This document shows, one piece after another, positions 1 to 8,999 of a DNA stretch of 64,000 nucleotides. The translations under genes and the position numbers were made by a program. The notes under the pieces are model-generated. The model made no database searches. It had not been told where the DNA came from and saw only the letters and a list, made by a program, of their open reading frames with translations. Every line of letters begins with the position of its first letter. Position 1 is the stretch's first letter. Location of the stretch: the IMG/VR virus record IMGVR_UViG_3300023181_000026, positions 67,612 to 131,611 of that record. One strand, given 5' to 3'. Source of the stretch: a virus.

Positions 1-1457
1 TGTATATTTTTATCCTGATAATCTCCTGTATTATTAACTAAAAATTCCCCTTTATAAATAGCACTTCTTTCTAAATTTAGATATATTGCTTCAAGATTAG
101 TATCAGAATTTACAAACATTACATCTTCAAAAGACCCATCGTTTTTAGAAATATAAGTCTCTAATATATCTTGCCAATTAATTAAATCTTGGGATACCAG
201 CATTCCAGCTCTTGCGCCAGATGTCCCTGTAGGTGATGTCATTCCATGAACTGTCATGTAATACAATCCATTATGTACTTTTATGTCATCGGGTATAATT
301 GCAGATCCCCAATCTATGGTAGCATTTGATATATTATATGAAGGTTTTGATTGATTAAATCCTGATCCCACAGCTACAGGATTTTCATTTTTAATAAAGC
401 TTATGCCGTCCGTACTAGTTGCTAGCCCTATTGCTCCTGTTTGCCTTCTTGGTGCGTCAATCCCTTCATAGTATAAATAAAACGTTCCTTCATTATAATA
501 AGTTAAAGGACTTCCCACTGAGTCAGCATCCCAATCTTCTCCACTACCGCTAGTTAAAACAATTCCTTGATTATCCCAATTTATTAAGTCTAAAGAGGTG
601 TGTAATTGTATAGTTTTTATATTATTACTAGACTCTTCACTGTAGCAATAATAAGTCCCATCTACTTTTATAACATAAGGGTCTTCTGCGGGGGTATCAA
701 ATAGTAGTCCGTTTTTGATGAACGTTTTTCCCTCGTCCGTACTAATAGCCATTCCAACTCTTGAATCTATACCTGCTGTTCCATTTACACCTGTATAAAA
801 AATATAGTGTTTTTTATCTTCATCAATAAAATAATTTCCTATCTCTCTAAGTGTAGAATCCCATTCACCCGTAGAGGCTTCTATTAAAGGGTCGGGGTAA
901 GGAGCATTCGATATGTAGTTGAATGAAAGATTGTTTATTAAACTTTGGTTACTTATTAACTCTTTAACTGTACCTACATCTGGAATACTTCTCTCGTCTG
1001 TTATTTGTTTTGCACTGTAATCTTGGGCGTATCTTAGACCCTTACTTTCTTTTGTATCTAGTATTTCTATTCCTTCAGGACTTCCTGATGCTCCGCTTGG
1101 GTATTGAATACCTACATAACCTTCTGGGGCATTATTACCTATAGAAAATCCTTCTGGGTATAAAGATAGCATCCCTCCTTCACTTGTCTCACTACTTATC
1201 GATTGTAGTAAAATATTTGTAGGGACACTTCCGTCACTCCCTGTCTCTAAAACTTTTTGAAGGTTTGGACTTACACCCCCCCCTCCGTCTCCTATAAGAT
1301 AGGGAATAGCATTAGCGTCTGTAACATACATTTGTATATCTTCACCAGACTTTATAAAATATATTGTGTGTGCTGTTAAATCTTTTTGTGCGGGAAGCCC
1401 TAACAAGAAGTTATGAGCCACGATTGGAATACAATGATTCAAATTATTATTTTTCAT
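1..1457 (-). CDS. Tail/receptor-binding protein with five-bladed beta-propeller glycoside hydrolase-like domain (GH43/GH32/GH130-like); 3'-partial, runs off window start
   Basis: Not in ORF track. Translated by hand from ATG at 1457: 485 codons with no stop. Motifs WDSTLRE, AEDPYV, WDADSVGSP, LYYEG, IGLATSTDG, IPDD resemble propeller glycosidase blades; lies in the structural arm. Confidence 0.75.
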   Translation of the reverse strand, partial: MKNNNLNHCIPIVAHNFLLGLPAQKDLTAHTIYFIKSGEDIQMYVTDANAIPYLIGDGGGGVSPNLQKVLETGSDGSVPTNILLQSISSETSEGGMLSLYPEGFSIGNNAPEGYVGIQYPSGASGSPEGIEILDTKESKGLRYAQDYSAKQITDERSIPDVGTVKELISNQSLINNLSFNYISNAPYPDPLIEASTGEWDSTLREIGNYFIDEDKKHYIFYTGVNGTAGIDSRVGMAISTDEGKTFIKNGLLFDTPAEDPYVIKVDGTYYCYSEESSNNIKTIQLHTSLDLINWDNQGIVLTSGSGEDWDADSVGSPLTYYNEGTFYLYYEGIDAPRRQTGAIGLATSTDGISFIKNENPVAVGSGFNQSKPSYNISNATIDWGSAIIPDDIKVHNGLYYMTVHGMTSPTGTSGARAGMLVSQDLINWQDILETYISKNDGSFEDVMFVNSDTNLEAIYLNLERSAIYKGEFLVNNTGDYQDKNI

Positions 1458-1461
1458 TTTC

Positions 1462-1785
1462 TTACCAGTCTGTTTTACCTAAGTTAGAGGTTATTTGACA
1501 AACGGCATGGGGTTTACATTCTTTAGTGTGATCTTTCTTTTTCGGTTTATTTTTCCTATGGCATTCGTACCCCCTTTCTCTTTTTATCATTTCAGAAACT
1601 TCGCAACTAGGAATCTTTAAAATATTATAATAAGCTAATAGCCACAAATATTTCTTCTTATCTCCTAAACAGTCTACTTTAAATTTATCATTTAAGAACA
1701 TATTATCCCCTTCAGAAATTAATTGTTCTCTGAAGTCATTGTATAAGTTCTCTTGATTTATTTTTAGTATCTGTTGTTGTGACAT
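1462..1785 (-). CDS. Hypothetical virion-module protein
   Basis: 107-aa ORF coupled to neighbours in the minus-strand structural operon. Confidence 0.7.
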   Translation of the reverse strand: MSQQQILKINQENLYNDFREQLISEGDNMFLNDKFKVDCLGDKKKYLWLLAYYNILKIPSCEVSEMIKRERGYECHRKNKPKKKDHTKECKPHAVCQITSNLGKTDW

Positions 1786-2300
1786 TCTTTACAGTTTAAT
1801 ATATTTTGAGCTTCTTCAAAAAATCTTTGTGCTTCTTTTATTTCGCCAACAGTTGTGTGTGCTATTGCTTTTTCTAAGTAGAAGTCTGATTTTTGTATAA
1901 GTTCAAATTTTTGTTTAGTGACATCATTGTAATGAAATCCTATTTCTATAAGTTTTTTGGCGCGATTTAAATTATGAACATCTGTTTTTAGATAATATTT
2001 CTCTTCAAAGAATTCTGATTGAGCAGAGAAGACCCTTATTTTCCAAATTCCATCACTCAAATCCGACAACTCATCATCACAATCAGAACATCCTAAATAA
2101 AGTGTCTCACTGTTAAATTCACTTATAGTCTTCTTATTAAATGTGTAAGTTATAGCCTCGTTAGAACCTGGAGGTGTTATTGAAATATAGCTTGCGTCAT
2201 CATAATATATTAACCAATTACTATAATCTCCAATAAGTAGAACCTTTGGATCTTTTGAATCAAATACTTGAAATCTTATTTCTACTTTTCCTGTTGGCAT
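1764..2300 (-). CDS. Hypothetical structural protein
   Basis: 178-aa ORF; beta-rich N-terminus, helical C-terminus; structural operon. Confidence 0.7.
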   Translation of the reverse strand: MPTGKVEIRFQVFDSKDPKVLLIGDYSNWLIYYDDASYISITPPGSNEAITYTFNKKTISEFNSETLYLGCSDCDDELSDLSDGIWKIRVFSAQSEFFEEKYYLKTDVHNLNRAKKLIEIGFHYNDVTKQKFELIQKSDFYLEKAIAHTTVGEIKEAQRFFEEAQNILNCKECHNNRY

Positions 2301-2421
2301 GATATTTATGCTTCTAATTCTTCAATCCTTGCTTCTAAGGCATCAATTTGAGCTTGCATTTGATTGATTACTAAATTTAATTTTTGTGGTAATCCGAACC
2401 AAGTAAATAATATTTCCATTT

Positions 2422-3060
2422 TTAAAATTCTATTATTGTTTTTATTCCTACTGTTTTATCTGTTGTCGCTGTTCCTAGTATACTTATTGTTCTGTATCTA
2501 TATCCTATCCCTGCTTCATAATTAGTTTTTTGCGTATCCAGATTTCTATTTATTCCTCCCATTATAAGGATACCTGTAGTTTTATTTTTTACAGTTGTTA
2601 CTTCTTTTAATGTTTCTTTAACTGTTGTTTTTATTTCTTTGCGCAGATATTTTATTTCATTATTATCAAGCTTTCCATAAACAGTTGTTTTTACATTTAT
2701 CTTTACGTTTTCATCTTCAAAATCTGAACTATACTCTCTTTTTCTTGCGGCATCTGCTAAAACTTTATATCTTGAAATAGAATCTTTAGCTGATTTAAGC
2801 TCATCTAAGAGGCTTTCTTGTAGTGGGGAGGGCAAGTATATAGGTTTGCCTATAAAGACTGTGTCAGGCTCTGAAACAGGTATTTCTGACTGATTTGAAG
2901 GCTCTTTAAATTCTCCTGATACTTCAGGTATTTTTACTTCCTTATCTGTTATTGTAATTTTAGTTTCTTCGGTAGTGTCACAACTTTTAGTTAAAGATAA
3001 AATTATAAGTACTATAACTGCTATGCCTAATACATAATGCTTCCAATCTAGATTTTTCAT
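2422..3060 (-). CDS. Membrane-anchored lysis accessory protein (spanin-like candidate)
   Basis: N-terminal TM/lipobox-like LSLTKSC, coiled region, beta-rich C-terminus; directly follows the endolysin. Confidence 0.5.
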   Translation of the reverse strand: MKNLDWKHYVLGIAVIVLIILSLTKSCDTTEETKITITDKEVKIPEVSGEFKEPSNQSEIPVSEPDTVFIGKPIYLPSPLQESLLDELKSAKDSISRYKVLADAARKREYSSDFEDENVKINVKTTVYGKLDNNEIKYLRKEIKTTVKETLKEVTTVKNKTTGILIMGGINRNLDTQKTNYEAGIGYRYRTISILGTATTDKTVGIKTIIEF

Positions 3061-3647
3061 GCGCCAAATATTTTTTTATTATCTGTTACAGCTTCTAATC
3101 TGTGTTTAAATCCATTGGCATCACCGTATTTTGAAGTTTTTCTGCCTATATTTATTAAATCACTTATACTGTCAATGTCATCTTTATCCGCTAATAAATT
3201 ACCATTTATTTTAGTCCAGAAGTTTATGGCAGCGATTATAGAATCTGCTTCCGTCAATAGCAAATCAGGATTATTAACATAGTCTATTCCTGTATCTTTT
3301 GTCAACGCTTTGTAATTATCCTTACCTGTAGTCATGATAAAGCCTCTTCCTCTATACTTATAACCTTCCCCCGTAGATTCCAATCCATTTCCCATTCTAC
3401 CTCCATAAACCCTATTACCTATAGCTTGAGGCTTTTTTTCGTAGTTTTTAGCTTCTTGTAATGTTTTAAAATACTTAGGAAAGATCTCTAGTAATCTTTT
3501 TGCGGAATAATTTAAATTTTCGGATATAGGTTTTAAGCCAGATTCAGCTTCAAGTTGCCCAAAGAAATGACTTAACCTCAAGGGTGTATTTATTTTGGCT
3601 TTATTCAGTATAGTTTTGTATTTCTTTGAAAGTTCTAGTGGTGTCAT
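3057..3647 (-). CDS. Endolysin, glycoside hydrolase family 19
   Basis: HFFGQLEAESG, ENLNYS, NRVYGGRMGNG, YRGRGFIMTTGKDNY and INIG motifs typical of GH19 phage lysozymes. Confidence 0.92.
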   Translation of the reverse strand: MTPLELSKKYKTILNKAKINTPLRLSHFFGQLEAESGLKPISENLNYSAKRLLEIFPKYFKTLQEAKNYEKKPQAIGNRVYGGRMGNGLESTGEGYKYRGRGFIMTTGKDNYKALTKDTGIDYVNNPDLLLTEADSIIAAINFWTKINGNLLADKDDIDSISDLINIGRKTSKYGDANGFKHRLEAVTDNKKIFGA

Positions 3648-3898
3648 AAATCTTCTTCATTTTTAACTTGTGGCTCTTTTGATTGAAACTTCTTATCGAA
3701 AATTGTTCCTCCTACCATAGCTGATAAGAATAATAAAAGAGAATCGAAAACTGCTTTTCCTTCTCCATTAGGTGTTTGGTCATAAGCTACAAATCCACCC
3801 AATAAAAGAGTAAATATAAATGTAATTAATATTATAAAGCTTTTACGGCTGAATTTCCCTGATGGTGTCTGTAGTAGGTCTAATAGAAGCTTTTTCAT
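3644..3898 (-). CDS. Putative holin
   Basis: 84 aa, two TM segments, charged C-terminus, adjacent to the endolysin. Confidence 0.6.
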   Translation of the reverse strand: MKKLLLDLLQTPSGKFSRKSFIILITFIFTLLLGGFVAYDQTPNGEGKAVFDSLLLFLSAMVGGTIFDKKFQSKEPQVKNEEDL

Positions 3899-4127
3899 GC
3901 GCTAAAGTTATTTTTTGTACTTCTAAGTGGAAGCTGTCTACTTCTTTTTCTATTTTTAAGTTTTTGCTGTATAAGGTAGTGTTTTTTATTAGTTGTTCTG
4001 TTCTTGCAACATCTACCATATATACTCTCCGCTCACTTAATTCTTCTGTTTTTGGATTTGTGTCGCCAAAATAAATAAAAGCAGAGATGACGCAAGATAC
4101 TCCTGTTAAAATTGTACTCTTAATCAT
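3843..4127 (-). CDS. Small membrane-anchored protein of the lysis cassette
   Basis: N-terminal hydrophobic segment; overlaps the holin start by 56 nt. Confidence 0.55.
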   Translation of the reverse strand: MIKSTILTGVSCVISAFIYFGDTNPKTEELSERRVYMVDVARTEQLIKNTTLYSKNLKIEKEVDSFHLEVQKITLAHEKASIRPTTDTIREIQP

Positions 4128-4462
4128 TTCTTTTTATACTGTTTAATGGTTTCATAATCTTTATAAAGGCGTTCTTGCAATTCGTCATACTTCTTACTCC
4201 AAAACTCATTAGATTTTTCCAAGTCTGCTTGCCTTTTGTCATTACATTCTTGGATCCGTAAGTTAAGAATAGATATAATACTATCATTTCTATTAGATCG
4301 GCTATCAGAAATATCAGTATCTCTTTCATTGTCAGAATGTAGTCTATAATTTTCGTAAAACATTGCGCCTAAAACTAAAAGTAAAAGAAATATCACAGCA
4401 TTTTTTGGATTTTGTCTTGTTATCCATTGAGATAATTTAATCCATAACGAGATTGCTGTCAT
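4124..4462 (-). CDS. Membrane-anchored coiled-coil protein (holin/antiholin/spanin candidate)
   Basis: One TM segment then a coiled coil; ATGA-type coupling to neighbours. Confidence 0.55.
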   Translation of the reverse strand: MTAISLWIKLSQWITRQNPKNAVIFLLLLVLGAMFYENYRLHSDNERDTDISDSRSNRNDSIISILNLRIQECNDKRQADLEKSNEFWSKKYDELQERLYKDYETIKQYKKK

Positions 4463-4796
4463 TTTTATCTTTGTTGAATATTGAAATTATTATTAATAAA
4501 ATAAAGTGGTTCAATATTACGCTCTCATATAGTTCATAATATACTTCAATAGGATACCTTAAGTCAATCTCTGTAATAAGATTTAAAACTAATACAGTGG
4601 AGAGGGTCATTATAGATTCAAATCTCCAACTTTTAAAATAAAAAAGAACTCCTAATAAAGATATTACTAATAAAATCGTATCTATGAATGCAAACAATTT
4701 ATGATTCAAATAGTAGAAATCATTTTCTACGAATATGTAAAGTGTCATGTACAATGTTAGCATCAAAAACGGTGCAAATTGCGTTACACTTTTCAT
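4437..4796 (-). CDS. Multi-pass membrane protein
   Basis: 119 aa with ~4 hydrophobic segments. Confidence 0.65.
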   Translation of the reverse strand: MKSVTQFAPFLMLTLYMTLYIFVENDFYYLNHKLFAFIDTILLVISLLGVLFYFKSWRFESIMTLSTVLVLNLITEIDLRYPIEVYYELYESVILNHFILLIIISIFNKDKNDSNLVMD

Positions 4797-4802
4797 GCTA
4801 TT

Positions 4803-4868
4803 TTATTTTTTAGGTTTCTTGGGCTTATTTTTTGGCTTAGGTATGCCAACTTTATTTTTGTTATTCAT
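4803..4868 (-). CDS. Putative 21-aa Lys/Pro-rich micropeptide MNNKNKVGIPKPKNKPKKPKK
   Basis: Hand-translated; fills the gap between a hairpin and the next ATG in the operon orientation. Confidence 0.4.
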   Translation of the reverse strand: MNNKNKVGIPKPKNKPKKPKK

Positions 4869-4889
4869 TGTGTAGTAAGTTTGAAATTA

Positions 4890-4913
4890 AGGGGAAGTTG
4901 TTACGCCTCCCCT
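4890..4913. terminator. GC-rich hairpin downstream of the 761-aa gene
   Basis: AGGGGA/TCCCCT stem; T-run on the plus side, weak U-tract on the minus side. Confidence 0.5.
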
Positions 4914-4939
4914 CTTTTTCTATTTAGTTGTTTGTCTAT

Positions 4940-7225
4940 TTATACGCTAAAAGCCCTGATACCTTCCAAACCAGCCGCACCTGCAATACTATTCAGTAAG
5001 TTTTCTACTGGTTTGTGTTGTCCGACTTGTGCTAAGATGTGGTATATAAAAGTTTCTCCATGTTTAAGGGCTGGTTGTTGAGCAAATGTCGATCTACATA
5101 CTTCTATAGAAAAATCTACATATTGAACCGATTGGTCTAATACTGATTCCTCGTCTGTGAATAGTACCCTTGTTAGTGGACTCATATGCGCCTCTTCACC
5201 TGTGAAATAAACTCTATCCCTAGCCTCTAACCATTGGAAGTTTCCTCCTAAGTGAGTTCTTGGTTTCCAAGTTGATAGGTAAGTAACTGCCATTGGTTCA
5301 TCTTTTAATTCGCCAATACCTTCTCTTACTTCATCTAAATGTCCTCCGCTTACTCTAATCATTACAGAACTATCTGTAAATCCTATTTTGTCTCTAAGAT
5401 ATTCGTTAGATCTAATCTCTAATTTTTTACCTCTGAACCTGATACCCATTAAAGAAGTTGTAGGTTCTGGAGATTCTACTATTTTCCATTCATTACCTTC
5501 ATAAGGTCTTGGCTCTTCTGAAACATAAAAGTCTTGGAAAATTGGTGAACATTCTTCGCAAACCATATTAGTAATAACCTCTGCTTGGTAACGTGTTTGA
5601 CAGCCTCCTGTAACGGGTAAGTCTACAACTGCTACTGCACCTACTGTTCCTGCTAAGTTAGTTGTAGCATTAGCTATTGATATTGCTGGAAAAGCGGTAG
5701 TTGCATGAGTGAAAGTAAGTACTGCGCCGTTGGCGGTTACGGTTACCCCTTTATCTGCTAGAAGTGCCGCGCCGTGAGTTGATACAAAATTAGTAGCTGT
5801 TACTGCAAGAGATGTTGCAAATGTTGCTAGATAAGCTGTACCTGCCACTGTAATATTTGCTGTTCCAGAAGTTCCTGTTAGAGTTACTGTCTGTGCTGAA
5901 TTAAGTGAAGGTGCATCTGCAATTACAATATTATTATCAGGATAATGTGCTTGAAGTTCCGCTAGTCTGTTTTCACCGCATTCATTATCAGCAAGTGTAA
6001 TTGTGTAAAGTTGAACCGATACTTCACAAGTATCTCCTAATACCCAAGCAACTCCTGCTGGTGCAACTCCTGTACATACATCTGATACTTCTCCTAAAAG
6101 AGTAATTTCTGCTGTGCCTTTTACTGGTGTAGCTGTAAGGAAAGTAGTTTTTTGTGCGTCTGTAAGTTCTGCTGTCAGGATAAGTGTATAACTTCCTACT
6201 CCGCCATCTTGACCTACTTTTACTACTGTACCTGCTACAAAACCTGCTAAGTCATCTACAGTTGTTGATAAATCTGCACCATCATCTTCAATCTTTACAC
6301 TGTAAAGGAATCCTCCTGCTACTTCTGTATAGCCTGCTGGACAGTCTTCACAATCTTTAATTAGAGTTGTTGTGAATGGTGCTACGTACGCTGTAAGAAG
6401 AGTATTAGTCTCAGTTACGGTTTCATAAATAGAGGTAAGTCCTTGACGTTCTTTTAAAACAATTTTATTTTCTGGGTAACGTGATTGAACTGAAGCTACA
6501 GAAGCTTGATCCCCCATATCTTGAATAGTAAGAGTCTGATAAAATCTATCTTCTGTCTCAGGTTCTGTACCTCCTGTTGAAAGTTCCACTGGAGTAATAT
6601 CTACAACCTCTTGCATCTCAACTCCACCTCTTAATTGAAATCTTCTTAGTTGTTCAATTGCTTCAAGTACATATGGTCTAGCGTTTATTGCTTCACAGTT
6701 ATCACCTGCTTCACATACTTCTGTACCATAGAACTTTTCTGGATCTAAATATACACTTGTAATAACCTTGTTATCAGGATAGCCATACATTCCTATAAGT
6801 TCTCCCGAAAGTTCCACCGTGATTTTTTTACGATCTGCTCTTATAAGAGTGATTGCTGTTTCAGGGTCAATTCCGTTATAACCTAAAATAACGTCATCCA
6901 CTTCTTGTTCTGTTCTTTCTGGCACAGATACACTGACGCCTTTAACATCGTTAAGAGAGAAAGGTACTGAACTCATAGCTTTATTAGAATGAGAACGAGA
7001 ATTAGAAAGATTTCCTCTACCTACTTTTATAACATAGTTTTCATTTTTATTTCTTCCCGCGAAAGATGAAATAGCTTTTTGACCATTTCCATTAGCGTCT
7101 GCCTCTTTCATAGAAAATACTCCCACTTGACCTTTTGCAAGATTCAAAGAACCTCCTGCTGTCATAGTAGCACCGTTCAATATGGCAAAGTAACGGTGGA
7201 TTTGTGAATTGTTTGTTTGTGACAT
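4940..7225 (-). CDS. Large structural protein of the crAss-like capsid block (auxiliary capsid/stabilisation protein candidate)
   Basis: 761 aa, third gene after the MCP, high-expression codon bias like the MCP, Ala/Thr-rich insertion. Confidence 0.6.
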   Translation of the reverse strand: MSQTNNSQIHRYFAILNGATMTAGGSLNLAKGQVGVFSMKEADANGNGQKAISSFAGRNKNENYVIKVGRGNLSNSRSHSNKAMSSVPFSLNDVKGVSVSVPERTEQEVDDVILGYNGIDPETAITLIRADRKKITVELSGELIGMYGYPDNKVITSVYLDPEKFYGTEVCEAGDNCEAINARPYVLEAIEQLRRFQLRGGVEMQEVVDITPVELSTGGTEPETEDRFYQTLTIQDMGDQASVASVQSRYPENKIVLKERQGLTSIYETVTETNTLLTAYVAPFTTTLIKDCEDCPAGYTEVAGGFLYSVKIEDDGADLSTTVDDLAGFVAGTVVKVGQDGGVGSYTLILTAELTDAQKTTFLTATPVKGTAEITLLGEVSDVCTGVAPAGVAWVLGDTCEVSVQLYTITLADNECGENRLAELQAHYPDNNIVIADAPSLNSAQTVTLTGTSGTANITVAGTAYLATFATSLAVTATNFVSTHGAALLADKGVTVTANGAVLTFTHATTAFPAISIANATTNLAGTVGAVAVVDLPVTGGCQTRYQAEVITNMVCEECSPIFQDFYVSEEPRPYEGNEWKIVESPEPTTSLMGIRFRGKKLEIRSNEYLRDKIGFTDSSVMIRVSGGHLDEVREGIGELKDEPMAVTYLSTWKPRTHLGGNFQWLEARDRVYFTGEEAHMSPLTRVLFTDEESVLDQSVQYVDFSIEVCRSTFAQQPALKHGETFIYHILAQVGQHKPVENLLNSIAGAAGLEGIRAFSV

Positions 7226-7255
7226 TGTCGTTTAATTGTAAATTAGTTGTTATTT

Positions 7256-7921
7256 TTAATTTTTACTGTTAATTCTGTCTTTATCAATGTCTATGGTAGA
7301 CCTCCCCATCACCGCATTAAAGTCTTTTGCGGCAATTGAAATAATTCTATCCATTATCTTGTCATCAAATTCAGGATCAGAATTAATCGAAGGTGAGCCA
7401 TCTGACATTATAAAACCTTCAAAATTTATTTGTTTTGGATATCTGTAATAAGAAAGGTATACTTCACTGATTTCAAAATCATCTTTATATACTTTTATAT
7501 TATTACTGGAAAGATTGTAGAATGTTTCTCTCCATTCAAAAGACGGTTTATTATTATAATCAAACTCAAGTAAATGTTTGTTCTCGTCTTTTATTTCTAT
7601 AGGTAGTAGTTTTGCATTTTTACATTTTTCTTTTGAAGCTTTTACTGTCAAATTAGAAAAATCAAAATAATTGGCTGGTAGTTTAAAATTTGTGTGATTT
7701 AGATGGGATTTTTCTACTTCAAGTCTTAAGTCGTCCACTAAAAGTATTTGTATATCTCTTAGAGTATCATCATTCCTCTTTTCTAAAGCCCACTCTGTAA
7801 ATTTATTTTGTGCCTCGTTTATATGGTAAAAAGCTCTTCCTTTGTCTAAAGCTATATTGTCATTTGTAAAATTTTCATTGACTTTACTAAGGAGTTTTAT
7901 ATAAACGTTGTTTGCATTCAA
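7256..7921 (-). CDS. crAss-like ring/adaptor (tail tubular-type) protein
   Basis: 221 aa; INEAQ and YYRYPKQI motifs; second gene after the MCP as in the crAss-like block. Confidence 0.6.
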   Translation of the reverse strand: MNANNVYIKLLSKVNENFTNDNIALDKGRAFYHINEAQNKFTEWALEKRNDDTLRDIQILLVDDLRLEVEKSHLNHTNFKLPANYFDFSNLTVKASKEKCKNAKLLPIEIKDENKHLLEFDYNNKPSFEWRETFYNLSSNNIKVYKDDFEISEVYLSYYRYPKQINFEGFIMSDGSPSINSDPEFDDKIMDRIISIAAKDFNAVMGRSTIDIDKDRINSKN

Positions 7922-7974
7922 AATTTACTTATTTTATAATTTTCCCCCGATTTTACTCAGGAGATTTTTTATTC

Positions 7975-8937
7975 TTATTTTGCAAATTCTTCGCAGATTT
8001 GAACTTTTACGTCTAGTAAATCTGGACTTTGCACTAATGATTTTGCCACTGTCTTCAAGTCTTTTCCTAAAGGAATACCATTGTAAACATAATCTCCCAC
8101 TGAATTTTTTGAAATTTTTCCTGCTTCTGACATTTTTTTAATTGTAGAATGTAGGTAAATAACTTCTTCAAACCCTTTATCATTGGAAGATTCTACTAGT
8201 TCAATAAATATCTCTGGGTTTCTAACATCTCTATCTAACCACATATTAAACATAGTCTTAATTGTATCGCTTTCTACTTTGTCAGAAATATTTGCAACTC
8301 CAATATATTTAAGAATGTTTATTAGTTTTTGGGGATTTTCAGAAAGTAGTACGTAGAATTGTCCAATTGCATCTATAGTAGACACTGCTTTTTTCTGTTT
8401 AGTAGTCCTTTCTTTAGCTTTATCAACTACTACATATGCGGCGGCATTATACCTTGGATTACCTTTGTCATTTTCAGGGCAAATTTCTCCTGCCATCATA
8501 GCTAAGTAAAGTTGTAACATATCCTCAGGTTCTCCTGTATTTAGATATCTTCCTGCCCAAATCTCTACTTTATAGTCATTCCAGAAATCTTCATTATCTT
8601 GTGTAAGAATTCCTGATTTACCCATTTTCTTTTCAAATGGTTTAATTACGTGTTCTTGAAGCATTTTAAGTTTTTCCGTAACTATAGCTTGTGTCTCTCC
8701 TCTATAACAAGGGCTGAATTCATAAAGTCCTGTATCCCAAACATTTTCTGTATACGGGCAATAAACTGTATTACCTACGCTTGTTGAAGGAAGTTTTGTA
8801 GCTCCCTCTTTTTGAAATCCAGAAGGGGCTGTGGGGTCAAATCTATTTTCAATTTTATAGACCGCGTTTTTTTTGATTGACAAACCATTCACGTTGAATA
8901 GTTCCTCAGATTTATTAATGGGTTTTTTTGGTGGCAT
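7975..8937 (-). CDS. Conserved crAss-like capsid-block protein downstream of MCP
   Basis: 320 aa, immediately after the MCP. Confidence 0.6.
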   Translation of the reverse strand: MPPKKPINKSEELFNVNGLSIKKNAVYKIENRFDPTAPSGFQKEGATKLPSTSVGNTVYCPYTENVWDTGLYEFSPCYRGETQAIVTEKLKMLQEHVIKPFEKKMGKSGILTQDNEDFWNDYKVEIWAGRYLNTGEPEDMLQLYLAMMAGEICPENDKGNPRYNAAAYVVVDKAKERTTKQKKAVSTIDAIGQFYVLLSENPQKLINILKYIGVANISDKVESDTIKTMFNMWLDRDVRNPEIFIELVESSNDKGFEEVIYLHSTIKKMSEAGKISKNSVGDYVYNGIPLGKDLKTVAKSLVQSPDLLDVKVQICEEFAK

Positions 8938-8965
8938 TCTTATTTTTTCTTTGGTTTTTATTTTA

Positions 8966-8989
8966 GGCTCCCCATTTTACCGAGGAGCC
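8966..8989. terminator. Hairpin after the MCP gene (terminator or mRNA-stabilising stem)
   Basis: GGCTCC/GGAGCC stem; no U-tract in the minus sense. Confidence 0.45.
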
Positions 8990-8999
8990 GTATTCTATA

